Origin: an archaeon
Lineage (GTDB): Archaea > Hydrothermarchaeota > Hydrothermarchaeia > Hydrothermarchaeales > BMS3B
Length of the DNA stretch: 64,000 nucleotides
Assembly (NCBI GenBank): GCA_026989875.1
Contig: JALSIP010000051.1
Coordinates: forward strand, 1,161-65,160
Direction: 5' to 3'
Part shown: positions 54,912 through 64,000 of the stretch, piece after piece
Numbering within the stretch: position 1 is the first letter of the stretch
How the letters are laid out: every line of letters starts with the position of its first letter
Notes under the pieces: model-generated
Database searches by the model: none
What the model was told of the DNA's origin: nothing
What the model saw: only the letters and a program-made list of their open reading frames with translations
Translations under genes and position numbers: made by a program

Positions 54912-56192
54912 GTGTTATTGATGAGAGAGTATGCTGAAAGGGTAAGGGAGGCTGTAAAGCAGCATCACCGCTGGTTTGAGCACAGCCTTCCGCTAATAGC
55001 GAGCGAGAATGTCACCTCCCTTCTCGTGCGGGAGCTCTGCGCCAGCGACTTCTCCCACAGGTATGCTGAAGGCGAGCCTGGAAGGCGCTACTACCAGGGA
55101 TGCAGGTACATAGATGAGGTTGAGGAGCTCGCCGTTGAGCTCACGAAGAAGCTCTTCAGGGCTCCCTACGTAAATGTGCAGCCGGTCTCAGGCACCGTTG
55201 CAAACCTCGCGTGCTTCGCCGCGCTTGCAGAGGCAGGCGACACCATGCTTGCGCTCACCATCCCCCACGGCGGACACATATCGCATGCAGAGCTCAGCGC
55301 TGCCGGAATAAGGGGGCTCAGGGTTAAGAGCATGCCCTTTGACGCCGAGGAAATGAACATAGACGTGGACAGGGCTGAGAAGAAGATAAGGGAGGTTGAG
55401 CCACGCATAGTGCTCTTCGGTGCCAGCATGTTCCTCTTTCCGCATCCCGTGAGGGAGCTGAGCGAGGCTGCGAAAGAGGTGGGGGCGGTTGTGATGTACG
55501 ATGCCGCCCACGTGCTGGGGCTTATAGCAGGCGGGCGCTTCCAGCAGCCCTTGGAGGAGGGGGCTGATGTGGTCTCAGCCTCAAGGCACAAGACCTTCCC
55601 GGGTCCGCAGGGCGGTCTGATTCTCGCCAGAGAGGAGCTCGGCTCAAGGCTGAGCAGGGCGGTGTTTCCCGGGCTGGTTTCCAACCACCACCTCCACCAC
55701 TTAGCCGGCTATGCCGTTGCGCTTGCGGAGATGCTGGAGTTCGGGGAGAGCTACGCCGAGCAGGTTGTGAGAAACTCAAAGGCACTCGCCGGTGCGCTGG
55801 CAGAGCAGGGGTTCAGGGTGCTCTGCGAGCACAAGGGCTTTACCGAGAGCCATCAGGTGGTGGTGGATGTTTCAGCCCAGGGGGGCGGTGCAAGGGTTGC
55901 GGAGAGGCTTGAGAGAGCCAACATCATACTGAACAAAAACCTCCTGCCCTGGGATGATGTGCACAGGAGCGCCAATCCCAGCGGCATAAGAATCGGCACC
56001 CAGGAGGTCACCAGACTGGGCATGAAGGAGGCAGAGATGGAGCACATCGCCGAGCTCATAGCCAGGGTGGTCAGGGGAGAGAGCACCGGGAAGGTCAGGG
56101 AGGAAGTGGCAGACCTCAGGCGCAGCTTCAACCGCGTGCACTACAGCTTTGACTGCGACGCCAGCGCATACGGATATGTTGAGTTTTGTTAA
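54912..56192 (+). CDS. glyA: serine hydroxymethyltransferase
   Basis: PLP site [14 protein letters not shown], and the SHMT fold over 426 aa. Confidence 0.9.
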   Translation: MLLMREYAERVREAVKQHHRWFEHSLPLIASENVTSLLVRELCASDFSHRYAEGEPGRRYYQGCRYIDEVEELAVELTKKLFRAPYVNVQPVSGTVANLACFAALAEAGDTMLALTIPHGGHISHAELSAAGIRGLRVKSMPFDAEEMNIDVDRAEKKIREVEPRIVLFGASMFLFPHPVRELSEAAKEVGAVVMYDAAHVLGLIAGGRFQQPLEEGADVVSASRHKTFPGPQGGLILAREELGSRLSRAVFPGLVSNHHLHHLAGYAVALAEMLEFGESYAEQVVRNSKALAGALAEQGFRVLCEHKGFTESHQVVVDVSAQGGGARVAERLERANIILNKNLLPWDDVHRSANPSGIRIGTQEVTRLGMKEAEMEHIAELIARVVRGESTGKVREEVADLRRSFNRVHYSFDCDASAYGYVEFC

Positions 56193-56266
56193 GCTGCATA
56201 ATATGGGAGAGGTTTACAAAGGTTAGGCTTCAGTTCTATAAAACACCTGCCGCTGGAGAGTCTGAT

Positions 56267-57106
56267 ATGGAGGCGACTTTGGAAGAACTCACAGCGAAAC
56301 GCGACGAGCTTGAGGCTGAAACCAAGCGAATGAAGGAAGAGCTGGTATCAAAGCGCAGGCGACTTCGCGAGCTGAACAGGCGCAAGCGCGACATAATAGA
56401 GGCTATCAAGCGCAAGAATACCGAGGCAAACAGGGCGAGAGAGAAGAGGGACAAGCTGAACGCTGAGATAAAGAAGCTCAAGGCAAAGCGTGAGGAGGCG
56501 AACGCAGAGGTAAAGCGCCTGCTTGAGGAGTACAGGCGTGTCAAGGAGAAGGCGCCAAAGGGCGACTTCAAGAAGCTGCAGCGCGAGAAGAATCGCCTTG
56601 AGTGGAAGCTTCAGACCAGCGTGCTTGAGATAAAGAAGGAGGATGAGCTTGTAAAGCGCATAGCAGAGATTGAAAAGGAGCTTGCAGGCTATGCCGAGCT
56701 CATAAACATAACCAGGGAGCTGGAGAAGAAGCGCAAGACCTCAAAGAAGGTGCACGAGAAGATAATAAAGCTGAGCGACGAATCGCAGAAGTATCACGAA
56801 GCCTTCATAGCGGCAGTGGAGAAGATAAAGGAGCTTGAGGGCAGGCTTGACGAGGTAAACAGGGAGAAGCTTGCCATTACCCAGGAGCTTGACAGGCTGA
56901 ATGCGGAGCTTGATGAGAAGATACCGCAGCTCAAGGAGCTGGAGAAGGAGATACTTGAGTTGGAGACTGGCATTGAGATGCTTCACAGGGAGAAGAGCGA
57001 GAAGGAGCTGCGGGAGGAGGCGAAGGCTATATACGAGCGCTTCAAGCGAGGCGAGAAGCTTGACCTGGAGGACATCTACCTCCTCAGAAGGTTCAACTTA
57101 GTGTAG
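56267..57106 (+). CDS. conserved archaeal coiled-coil protein (COG1340-like)
   Basis: About 280 aa of continuous heptad-rich K/E/R sequence, typical of the uncharacterised archaeal coiled-coil family. The start is placed at MEATLEEL. Confidence 0.55.
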   Translation: MEATLEELTAKRDELEAETKRMKEELVSKRRRLRELNRRKRDIIEAIKRKNTEANRAREKRDKLNAEIKKLKAKREEANAEVKRLLEEYRRVKEKAPKGDFKKLQREKNRLEWKLQTSVLEIKKEDELVKRIAEIEKELAGYAELINITRELEKKRKTSKKVHEKIIKLSDESQKYHEAFIAAVEKIKELEGRLDEVNREKLAITQELDRLNAELDEKIPQLKELEKEILELETGIEMLHREKSEKELREEAKAIYERFKRGEKLDLEDIYLLRRFNLV

Positions 57107-57109
57107 GTT

Positions 57110-58141
57110 ATGCAGAAGATATACGTGATATGCGTTGACAGAGACGCCGACATCACCAGGAAGGTTGGGGAGAGAGGTCCCATCGTAGGGAGAAGCAACA
57201 ACCTCAGGGTTGCTGTGAAGCTGGGGTTAGCTGACCCCACGGAGAGCGACACCAACACGATTTTTGAGGCGGTGAGGCTGCACGACTACTACCAGAAGCT
57301 GGGCAGGGAGGTTAGGGTGGCGACGCTTGTCGGGGACGAGAACGTGGGTGTGGTGAGCGACGAGCTGATAGCGAAGCAGCTTGACGAGATTCTGAGGGAG
57401 TTTCAGCCCGACGGCGTGGTTCTGGTTACTGATGGCGTGGAGGACGAGCACGTGCTGCCCATAATAGAGTCCAGGGCAAAGGTGATCTCGGTCAGCAGGG
57501 TGATAGTGAGGCAGAGCGAGAGGCTGGAGAGCACCTACTACATGATACTTGACTTTCTCAGAAGCATAGCCAGGGACCCAAAGCTCTCCAGGATAGTGAT
57601 AGGCTTACCAGGAGTGGCGCTGGTGCTTTACATGCTGCTCGGTCCGCACAGCTGGCGCATAATCGGCGGGGTTCTCGGCGTGTTCCTGATACTCAAGGGC
57701 TTCAACCTTGAGGGGACGGTGACAAAGAGCATTTCTGAGCTGCGCGACGCCTTAATCTCAGCCAAGCTCTCCTTCTTCACCTACGTGGTGTCTGCGGTGC
57801 TGGCGGTGCTCGGTGTGCTCATAGGCTGGCGCTCCATAGCAGGGATGACGGGCTACCAGGAAATCCTGCCCCAGTTCACAGCCGCCTCCATAGACTTCTT
57901 CATGTTCTCCGCGCTGGTGGCGCTGGGGGGGAAGATAATAGACGCCCTGGTGGAGGGGGAGAGCACGAGCAGGTACTTAGTGCTCATGGTCTTTGTAATC
58001 GCCATACGCCTGGTGCTGGATGCGGTGGCGCTTTACCTGATGGGAAGAATCGCCACCGGCATGTTCGCGCTCTCCGTAACCCTCGGGGTGGTGCTGACGG
58101 TAATAGCCTTCTTTGGAATACGTGGAAGTACCCGGAGGTGA
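57110..58141 (+). CDS. DUF373-family archaeal membrane protein
   Basis: N-terminal soluble domain (IYVICVDRDADI...) followed by six TM segments. 343 aa. Confidence 0.55.
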   Translation: MQKIYVICVDRDADITRKVGERGPIVGRSNNLRVAVKLGLADPTESDTNTIFEAVRLHDYYQKLGREVRVATLVGDENVGVVSDELIAKQLDEILREFQPDGVVLVTDGVEDEHVLPIIESRAKVISVSRVIVRQSERLESTYYMILDFLRSIARDPKLSRIVIGLPGVALVLYMLLGPHSWRIIGGVLGVFLILKGFNLEGTVTKSISELRDALISAKLSFFTYVVSAVLAVLGVLIGWRSIAGMTGYQEILPQFTAASIDFFMFSALVALGGKIIDALVEGESTSRYLVLMVFVIAIRLVLDAVALYLMGRIATGMFALSVTLGVVLTVIAFFGIRGSTRR

Positions 58142-58145
58142 AGCG

Positions 58146-58916
58146 GTGGAAAGGATAGGTGTGATAGGCGGTACTGGGCTGTACGAGGGGGAGGATGTGG
58201 AGGTGAGGCGAATCTCAACACCCTACGGGGATGCATCGCCTGTGGCTATAGCCGAGATACACCGCAGGGGTGTGGTTTTCATGCCGCGCCACGGCACCAG
58301 GCACGAGCTTCCCCCCCACAGGGTGAACTACAGGGCTAACATCTATGCACTTAAGGAGCTCGGGGTTACCAGGATAATCGCCACCAACTCCGTCGGGGGA
58401 ATATCTCCGGAGCTTTCGCCAGGGGATGTGGTGGTGCCCCACGACATAATAGACTTCACCGCCGGAAGGGCGAACACCTTTTACGATACACGGGCGGTGC
58501 ACATTGACATGAGCGAGCCCTACTGCCCCGAGCTCAGGAAGGCGCTTATAGATGCGGGAAGAGAAGTGCTGGGCAGGGTGGTTGAGTCAGGCGTCTATGC
58601 CGTAACCCAGGGTCCCAGGTTTGAGACACCCGCGGAGATACGCATGCTCTCAAAGCTGGGGGCTGACGTGGTGGGCATGACAGCCATGCCGGAGGCGGCG
58701 CTGGCGAGGGAGATGGAGCTGTGCTATGCCAGCATCTGCACCGTTACCAACTACGCCGCTGGCTTGAAGCAGAACAGGCTCACCGCCAGAGAGGTGGTGG
58801 AGGTGGTCAGGGAGAACGAGGACAAGCTGCGCAGGCTGATAGTCAGGGTAATCCACCTCATCCCGGAGGAGAGGAAGTGCAGCTGCTCTCACGCCTTGGT
58901 GGATGCCATGCTCTGA
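58146..58916 (+). CDS. mtnP: S-methyl-5'-thioadenosine phosphorylase
   Basis: IGVIGGTGLY ... RHGTRHELPPHRVNYRANIYALKELGVTRIIATNSVG is the MTAP family. A GGAGGTGA SD lies 6 nt before the GTG at 58146. The longer TTG ORF from 58113 overlaps the DUF373 gene. Confidence 0.85.
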   Translation: MERIGVIGGTGLYEGEDVEVRRISTPYGDASPVAIAEIHRRGVVFMPRHGTRHELPPHRVNYRANIYALKELGVTRIIATNSVGGISPELSPGDVVVPHDIIDFTAGRANTFYDTRAVHIDMSEPYCPELRKALIDAGREVLGRVVESGVYAVTQGPRFETPAEIRMLSKLGADVVGMTAMPEAALAREMELCYASICTVTNYAAGLKQNRLTAREVVEVVRENEDKLRRLIVRVIHLIPEERKCSCSHALVDAML

Positions 58917-60211
58917 AGCCTGAGGCGCATGTGCTCAAACACCTCCGCGGTTCTTTTTACCTGCAGGGGTGAGCTGCACAGCACCGGCACCAGCATGTGC
59001 TCCCTGCCAAGGGAGCCGTGGCTGGCTCTGTGCTCGGGCACTTCAAGGGTTCTGAGATCGTAGCCACGCTGTGCCGTGACCACCAGGTCGCCGCATCGCC
59101 TGCTCCGGAAGAGCTGCATCACCTGCACCACGGAGTCGGGGTAGGGTGTTTTGAGGGTGGCTGCATGCCACTCCTCTTCATCAAGCCACCTGCCCGAGAA
59201 GGGCTCAAGGTGAAGCGGGTCCCCGTGAGCCGCCTCGTACCTGTACCTCTCCTTAGATGCTCTGATGAAGGCGAGCTCATCACCGCTGCGCACCTCAACC
59301 CCCTCACCGCTGCGCAGCAGCACCAGCCCAACACCTCTGAGCCTGCACAGCCTTTCCGCAGCCTCTCCAGCCCTGCGGGTGTCCCTGAAGTACAGGTGAG
59401 CCATGGAGTTGCCGCTCTCCGCAACAAACACCTCACCCTTGCGCAGGCTGAAGGGGTAGCTGCCTGTCCTGAAGCCCATGCGGCGCATCACCCCGACCAG
59501 GTCAATGTGCACATGGGTGTCGCTCATCCCGTGGTCGCTGGCTATTATAAGCTCGTGCTCAATTCCGCATGCCCGCAGGTAGCTCCTGAGCCTCCCCACC
59601 CAGCGGTCAAGCAGCTCGTAGGCACTGAGCGCCTGCCTGCTCCGGCACCCGTACCTGTGGCTGAACTCATCTATCGCCGAGAGCAGCGTGAACACCAGCC
59701 TGTAGCCTCTGGTGGCGCAGATTCTGGTGAGCCTCATGCCCAGGCTGTCAAACTCCAGCCAGGTGTTCAGCGCATGGGAGAAGAAGTGCCCGAAGGGCGG
59801 CACCTTCAGCTCTGCCCCTCTGGTGATGTGGGAGAAGATGCACGCAGAGGGCGCGAGCTGGAAGATGGTCTCCACCTCCTCGCTGAGGTCGCGGTCCATC
59901 TTGCCGTTCGCCAGCAGGCTCACGTAGGTTCTGGAGAACCAGCCCCTGCTCTTGTCCACCCACCTTATGCCCGGAATCTCGCAGTCTCCCGCAAATCTGC
60001 CGGTTATGAAGGGCAGGTGCGCGGGTCCCGTGGTGGTGGGGAAGGTTGAGGTTGCGGTGCACAGGCTGCCCTCCGCAATCAGAGCCTCAAGGTTGGGCAG
60101 CCTGCGCTGAGCCATGAGCTGCTCCAGCAGGTCCAGCCTCATGCCATCGGCGAGCAGGAAGATTATCACAGCCTCGTCCTCAGCAGCTCCCATAGGTCCA
60201 TTCCCAGCCAT
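58889..60211 (-). CDS. alkaline-phosphatase-superfamily type I phosphodiesterase/nucleotide pyrophosphatase family protein (second copy)
   Basis: IIFLLADGMRLD ... TFPTTTGPAHLPFITG ... IIASDHGMSDTH are PF01663-like. Confidence 0.7.
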   Translation of the reverse strand: MAGNGPMGAAEDEAVIIFLLADGMRLDLLEQLMAQRRLPNLEALIAEGSLCTATSTFPTTTGPAHLPFITGRFAGDCEIPGIRWVDKSRGWFSRTYVSLLANGKMDRDLSEEVETIFQLAPSACIFSHITRGAELKVPPFGHFFSHALNTWLEFDSLGMRLTRICATRGYRLVFTLLSAIDEFSHRYGCRSRQALSAYELLDRWVGRLRSYLRACGIEHELIIASDHGMSDTHVHIDLVGVMRRMGFRTGSYPFSLRKGEVFVAESGNSMAHLYFRDTRRAGEAAERLCRLRGVGLVLLRSGEGVEVRSGDELAFIRASKERYRYEAAHGDPLHLEPFSGRWLDEEEWHAATLKTPYPDSVVQVMQLFRSRRCGDLVVTAQRGYDLRTLEVPEHRASHGSLGREHMLVPVLCSSPLQVKRTAEVFEHMRLRLQSMASTKA

Positions 60212-61011
60212 GCCAGTATAAAGTATCTTGAGGTTCTGCCGATGAAAACCGCAAGCCAGTACTTGAGCAGGCTGTAGCGCACGTAGCCTGCAGCCAGCCT
60301 GAAGGGGTCAAAAACAAAGGGCGTGAAGCCCGCGAAGATTATTATGGCGAAGGCGTGCCTCCTGAACCTCTCCAGCACAGGCTTCAGCCTCCTCTCAGCT
60401 TCGCCGTGTGGCAGAATCCTGCCGATGTAGTAGTCAACCGTTGCACCTATGCAGTTCGCCACACCTCCGGCGAGCGCCGCGGTTACCGCGCCGAAGGCTG
60501 CACCTGCAGCGAGCACCGCGGGCGGCGTGGGCAGGGGGAGAATGGTGTTGGACACAGCCATGTACAGGAAGTAGCCCGCAAGCGCATTTGTTCTGAGCAG
60601 GTAGAGCAGCAGAAAGATGCTGCCCACCTCCATGAAAGCAGCCAGCCTCTGCTCCCCATACCTCATCAGCTCCTCCACCCGCAGGGACCTGAGCTCGGTG
60701 TACATGCCCAGGGCGAAGCGTCTTCTGTAGATGGGGTAGAAGAGCATGGCACCCGAGTCTGAGAGCAGGCGGAGCAGCGGATAGCTCAGCAGCCCTGCAA
60801 GAGCCGCCGGGGCAAAGCCCAGGGGTGCCAGCAGAGCTGCAGCCGCGGCTGCGGCGAGCACACTGAGCGCCTCCTGCCTTCCCTTCAGGACGAGCACCCG
60901 CTGGCAGAGCTGGAGCAGCAGCGCCACCGCAATACCTGCTGCATCCCAGCCACCCAGCACCCTGAGCAGCGCCAATGCAAGCATAGCAGGCGCCAGAATC
61001 ACCCTCTCCAC
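60166..61011 (-). CDS. DedA/SNARE-associated (TVP38/TMEM64) family membrane protein with N-terminal hydrophobic extension
   Basis: The C-terminal half carries the DedA motif (GATVDYYIGR ... FAGFTPFVFDPFRLAAGYVRYSLLKY). Confidence 0.6.
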   Translation of the reverse strand: MERVILAPAMLALALLRVLGGWDAAGIAVALLLQLCQRVLVLKGRQEALSVLAAAAAAALLAPLGFAPAALAGLLSYPLLRLLSDSGAMLFYPIYRRRFALGMYTELRSLRVEELMRYGEQRLAAFMEVGSIFLLLYLLRTNALAGYFLYMAVSNTILPLPTPPAVLAAGAAFGAVTAALAGGVANCIGATVDYYIGRILPHGEAERRLKPVLERFRRHAFAIIIFAGFTPFVFDPFRLAAGYVRYSLLKYWLAVFIGRTSRYFILAWLGMDLWELLRTRL

Positions 61012-61661
61012 CTGCCCAGCACCAGCATGTGGTCCCTCTCGTAGGGCTCAAGCCTCATCCGCCTGAGCACCTCCACCCCAGCCTCCCTGAGGCTCTCAAC
61101 CTCCGCAGCAAAAATCTTCTCCGGCTTCTCGGCGCTTATGCTTCTCGCCTTTATCAGGTAGATTATGTGCCCGCCCTTCCTCAGGAAGAGGGAGACGTTC
61201 TTCAGCAGAATCTCGCCCATCTCCGGCTGCGCCACATCCTGGTACACCAGGTCAACCCTCTCAAGCAGGCAGGCGTAATCGCGTGGCGAGGCGGCATCCG
61301 CAAGCACAGGTATGAGGTTGCGCCTGTGCTCGGCTAACCTGATAAGCGAGTACGCAGCCCTCGGCGAAACCTCCACGCAGTACACCACCCCATCCCTGGC
61401 AACATCGCTCACATGCGAGGCGGTGGTGCCCTGGGCGGCGCCTATGTAGAGCACCTTTGAGCTCTGAGCAAGCGGCAGCTCCCTGAGACCCAGCAGAATT
61501 GCCGCAGCCAGCTTGCTTCTTCTGGGATTCCAGAGCCGGAACTCCCTCCCAGCATGCCTCACCAGCCTCTCCCCGTAAACCCGCCTGCCCGGGGTGAGGT
61601 TAACGGTGGCGAGCTCCCTTCCTGCCCTGTATATCCCGGGCATCAGCTCCCTTAGCTTCAT
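60999..61661 (-). CDS. flpA: fibrillarin-like rRNA/tRNA 2'-O-methyltransferase
   Basis: SAM-binding VLYIGAAQGTTASHVSDV, with KAR.I.. catalytic residues. 220 aa. It is downstream of nop5. Confidence 0.9.
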   Translation of the reverse strand: MKLRELMPGIYRAGRELATVNLTPGRRVYGERLVRHAGREFRLWNPRRSKLAAAILLGLRELPLAQSSKVLYIGAAQGTTASHVSDVARDGVVYCVEVSPRAAYSLIRLAEHRRNLIPVLADAASPRDYACLLERVDLVYQDVAQPEMGEILLKNVSLFLRKGGHIIYLIKARSISAEKPEKIFAAEVESLREAGVEVLRRMRLEPYERDHMLVLGRWRG

Positions 61662-62635
61662 TTCAGCACCTTCAGCCTGCTTTCAAGCTCCTCAGCTATG
61701 AACCTGCCGCCGTATGCATCAGCCCTTGCTGCAATGGCGAGCTTGGCTGCAAGCGCTCTTGCGGCTCTACCCCTGCGCTTCTTCGGGGCACCCCTGACTA
61801 AGGGGTGCTGGTAGATGTACCCGTGCTTCGGCGGCTTCGCCCCTCTCGCGAGGTGTCTGAAGAGCGCCCTCTCAGCCCCCAGCACCTGTATCCTGCTGGC
61901 GGGCATCTTAGCGAGCCTCTCTATGCCGCCTGCGGCAGCTATGAGCTTTGCACCTATGTGGGCGCCTGCTAAGTGGCTCAGGTTGGGGGCATGCTCGTGC
62001 ATCACCTCCTCCAGCCTCTCCATCACCCTCTCCCTGAGCCTGCGTAGCTCAAGTATGCCAGAGGCAAACTCCTGCAGCACCTCCAGCTCCTCCTCTCCCA
62101 GCTCTGCACCCGCCGAGTCTTCTGCAAGCTGTCCGAGCTCTCCCGGCATTCTCCCCCTGTGCCCGTACCTCGCCACAATCTCAGCCAGCTCCTCGTGCTC
62201 CGCAGCCTCCGGGAAGTGCAGGAAGTACCACTCCCTCAGCCTGCTGCGCAGCAGGTTCTGCACCTCCTCCAGCTCCTCCACCGCGCTGACAAGCTGCTTT
62301 ATGGTCATGTCCCTGCTCTGCAGCGCCTTCCTCAGCCTCGCCTTGGCAAGCTGCACCGCCGTGCTCCTGAGCATCTCCCTGTACTCCTCCTCGCTCACAC
62401 CCAGCTCCCGCAGCACCTCTGCGAGCCTGCTCCTGAAGAGCTCGCCTCCCTCTGTCGGGAAGCCGTGCACCCCCTCAACCCTCACCTCCCCCAGCCTCTC
62501 TATGAGCTCCCGCTCCTGCGGCGTCAGCCCAGTGGCAAGCACAGCCTCCGGCTTCTCGTACCTGAGCACCTCAACCAGTCTGCCGCTCTCTGAGAAAACC
62601 AGCAGCCCGAGCACCGTTCTCACGGCATGGTACAT
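61658..62635 (-). CDS. nop5: C/D box snoRNP protein Nop5 (Nop56/58 homolog)
   Basis: NOSIC and Nop domains (GAKPPKHGYIYQHPLV). ATGA overlap with flpA. Confidence 0.85.
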   Translation of the reverse strand: MYHAVRTVLGLLVFSESGRLVEVLRYEKPEAVLATGLTPQERELIERLGEVRVEGVHGFPTEGGELFRSRLAEVLRELGVSEEEYREMLRSTAVQLAKARLRKALQSRDMTIKQLVSAVEELEEVQNLLRSRLREWYFLHFPEAAEHEELAEIVARYGHRGRMPGELGQLAEDSAGAELGEEELEVLQEFASGILELRRLRERVMERLEEVMHEHAPNLSHLAGAHIGAKLIAAAGGIERLAKMPASRIQVLGAERALFRHLARGAKPPKHGYIYQHPLVRGAPKKRRGRAARALAAKLAIAARADAYGGRFIAEELESRLKVLK

Positions 62636-64000
62636 TCACACCAGCTCCGCTTCCACGCTGAGAAAAACAGGACCACCCACCTTTATCCTCTTCTCCTTGG
62701 AGGTTATGTAGTTCCTCGCCACCTCGTCAAGCTCAAGATTGATGTCAGCCAAGCTCTTCGCCATCCCCACCCTGTCCCTGAAGCTTCCGCTGCCAGAGGC
62801 TGCGGCTCTCTCCAGTCTGGCTGCAAACCTCATGCTCACCGCCATGGCGCAGCTCACCTTTTCCACCCCCTTTGCCTCCTCCGGCGGGAAAGCCAGCACG
62901 TTGCCATCGTGAACCGCAATCACATTGAGAGCCGCGGGTCCTGCGAGCCTCTTCCCCTCCTCCTGCTCAGCCACCCACACCCTCGCATGCCTGCCCATCA
63001 GCCTGCCCTCGTAGGCGAGAAACCTGCAGGGGGCTGTGGCATGCGCATGCTCGCGCACCGTTCTTGCAATCGCCTGCGCAACCTTCCTGCCCTCCCCGCT
63101 CTCCGGCACCTCAACCAGCCTCAGCATGTCTGCAATCTCCTCATCGCTCAGCCTCCACTCCGAGTAGAACTGCGGATACACCAGCTCCCTCACGTCCTCC
63201 CTGCCGTGGAGCAGCATGGCTATGCGCTCAACCCCCATGCCCAGGTTCATCACCGGCACCTCTATGCCGTACAGCGAGAGCACGGCCGGGGAGTACATTC
63301 CAAAGGTTGCCACCTCCACCCACCCCCTGCCGTGCCTGGCATACACCTCTGTCTGGGTGCCCGGGGCATAGTACTTTGACTGCTTCTCATCTTCCCTGAA
63401 CTTAAGCTCTGTGAAGCCGAGCCTCTCCAGCAGCTTAGCCGCCACCTCTCGCCCTGCTTCAAGCCCCACGTCACCCATGACAACGCAGCTCGCCGAGTGG
63501 TAGCTCCTCAGGTGGGTTGCATCCTCCCGCTGCTCCCTTCTGAAGCACCTGTCAACCGAGAACAGCTTCAGGGGCAGCCTGCGCTTCCCGTATAGCTCCC
63601 GCAGGGTGAGAAACCAGCCGCTGGTCATGTGGCTCCTGAGGGTGAGGCTTCCAGCCACAGGCTTCAGCTCCTGAAGCTCCGGAAAGTGCTCCTGCAGCAG
63701 CCTGAGCGCCCCATCTGCGTCAATGGAGGCAGCCTCCGCAACCCTATAGAGCAGCTCGTCGCCCGTGAATCTGCCCTTCTTGTAGGCGTGAAGCACCTGC
63801 CTGAGCTTCTCAACATCCCTCACCCCCGCCTCTCTGAGCCTCTCCGCACGCTCTGCGCTTATTCCCACATTCGGTCTGGGCAGCCCGGCAAGGTAGAAGC
63901 AGCGGTCAAGCACCGCCATAGCCTCGCCGTCAAACTGCCTCCGCACCTCCTTCTCCTCTATCAGGATGGGGTTCACAACCTCCTCAAACCCCAGCTCTAT
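62636..64000 (-). CDS. sepS: O-phosphoserine--tRNA(Cys) ligase (SepRS), N-terminally truncated by the window edge
   Basis: EAMAVLDRCFYLAGLPRP..G, LTLRSHMTSGWF, FS.DRCFRREQRED, SYHSASCVV and NLGMGVERIAML are class II PheRS-like SepRS motifs. The reading frame is open to position 64000. Confidence 0.8.
   Translation of the reverse strand: MELGFEEVVNPILIEEKEVRRQFDGEAMAVLDRCFYLAGLPRPNVGISAERAERLREAGVRDVEKLRQVLHAYKKGRFTGDELLYRVAEAASIDADGALRLLQEHFPELQELKPVAGSLTLRSHMTSGWFLTLRELYGKRRLPLKLFSVDRCFRREQREDATHLRSYHSASCVVMGDVGLEAGREVAAKLLERLGFTELKFREDEKQSKYYAPGTQTEVYARHGRGWVEVATFGMYSPAVLSLYGIEVPVMNLGMGVERIAMLLHGREDVRELVYPQFYSEWRLSDEEIADMLRLVEVPESGEGRKVAQAIARTVREHAHATAPCRFLAYEGRLMGRHARVWVAEQEEGKRLAGPAALNVIAVHDGNVLAFPPEEAKGVEKVSCAMAVSMRFAARLERAAASGSGSFRDRVGMAKSLADINLELDEVARNYITSKEKRIKVGGPVFLSVEAELV

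Overview
The window is high-GC archaeal chromosome and appears to be core genome. The lineage evidence is: archaeal-type ribosomal proteins L14e, L34e, S8e and L10e; Cbf5; Nop5 and fibrillarin; Mre11/Rad50; SepRS; the H4MPT/F420 enzyme Mtd; and MptE. Together these point to an Archaeoglobi- or methanogen-like euryarchaeon.

Gene content in order:
- The window opens with tRNA-iMet and a conserved rpl34e-cmk-rpl14e-cbf5 operon.
- Next is a complete 11-subunit Nuo/Fpo/Fqo-like complex, nuoA-B-CD-H-I-J-K-L-M-N. It has no NuoEFG and no FpoF input module.
- A DNA-repair locus follows: two KaiC/aRadC-like ATPases, an exported glycosylated tandem OB-fold protein, mre11, rad50 and a DUF99 nuclease-like gene.
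- Then an AP-superfamily phosphodiesterase, a GTPBP1-like GTPase, rps8e, and a CorC-type transporter with a membrane-anchored HTH protein.
- An ABC-2 exporter.
- A three-gene F420 module whose first gene is a circularly permuted FrhB/FpoF homolog. It is followed by mtd and a poly-ferredoxin.
- Ham1.
- A cbb3-type heme-copper oxidase cluster: ccoN, a fused ccoO/P-like cytochrome c subunit and a ccoQ-like gene.
- alaS, phoA, rpl10e, mptE, the guaA small subunit, an LplA-Cys-rich fusion and metE.
- An oxidative and metal stress block: katG, a His-rich copB, a tandem Usp and a CDF transporter.
- tRNA-Asn.
- A phosphohexomutase, moeA, mobA, archaemetzincin, glyA, the MTA phosphorylase mtnP, a DedA-family protein, fibrillarin, nop5 and a partial SepRS at the window edge.

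No CRISPR array, transposase or integrase was seen.

The candidates most worth a second look:
- the permuted FrhB-like F420 module next to mtd;
- the mre11-rad50 operon, which is decorated with KaiC-like ATPases, an exported OB-fold protein and DUF99;
- a cbb3 oxidase in an F420/H4MPT archaeon;
- a triplicated hairpin repeat in the rpl34e/nuoA divergent promoter.
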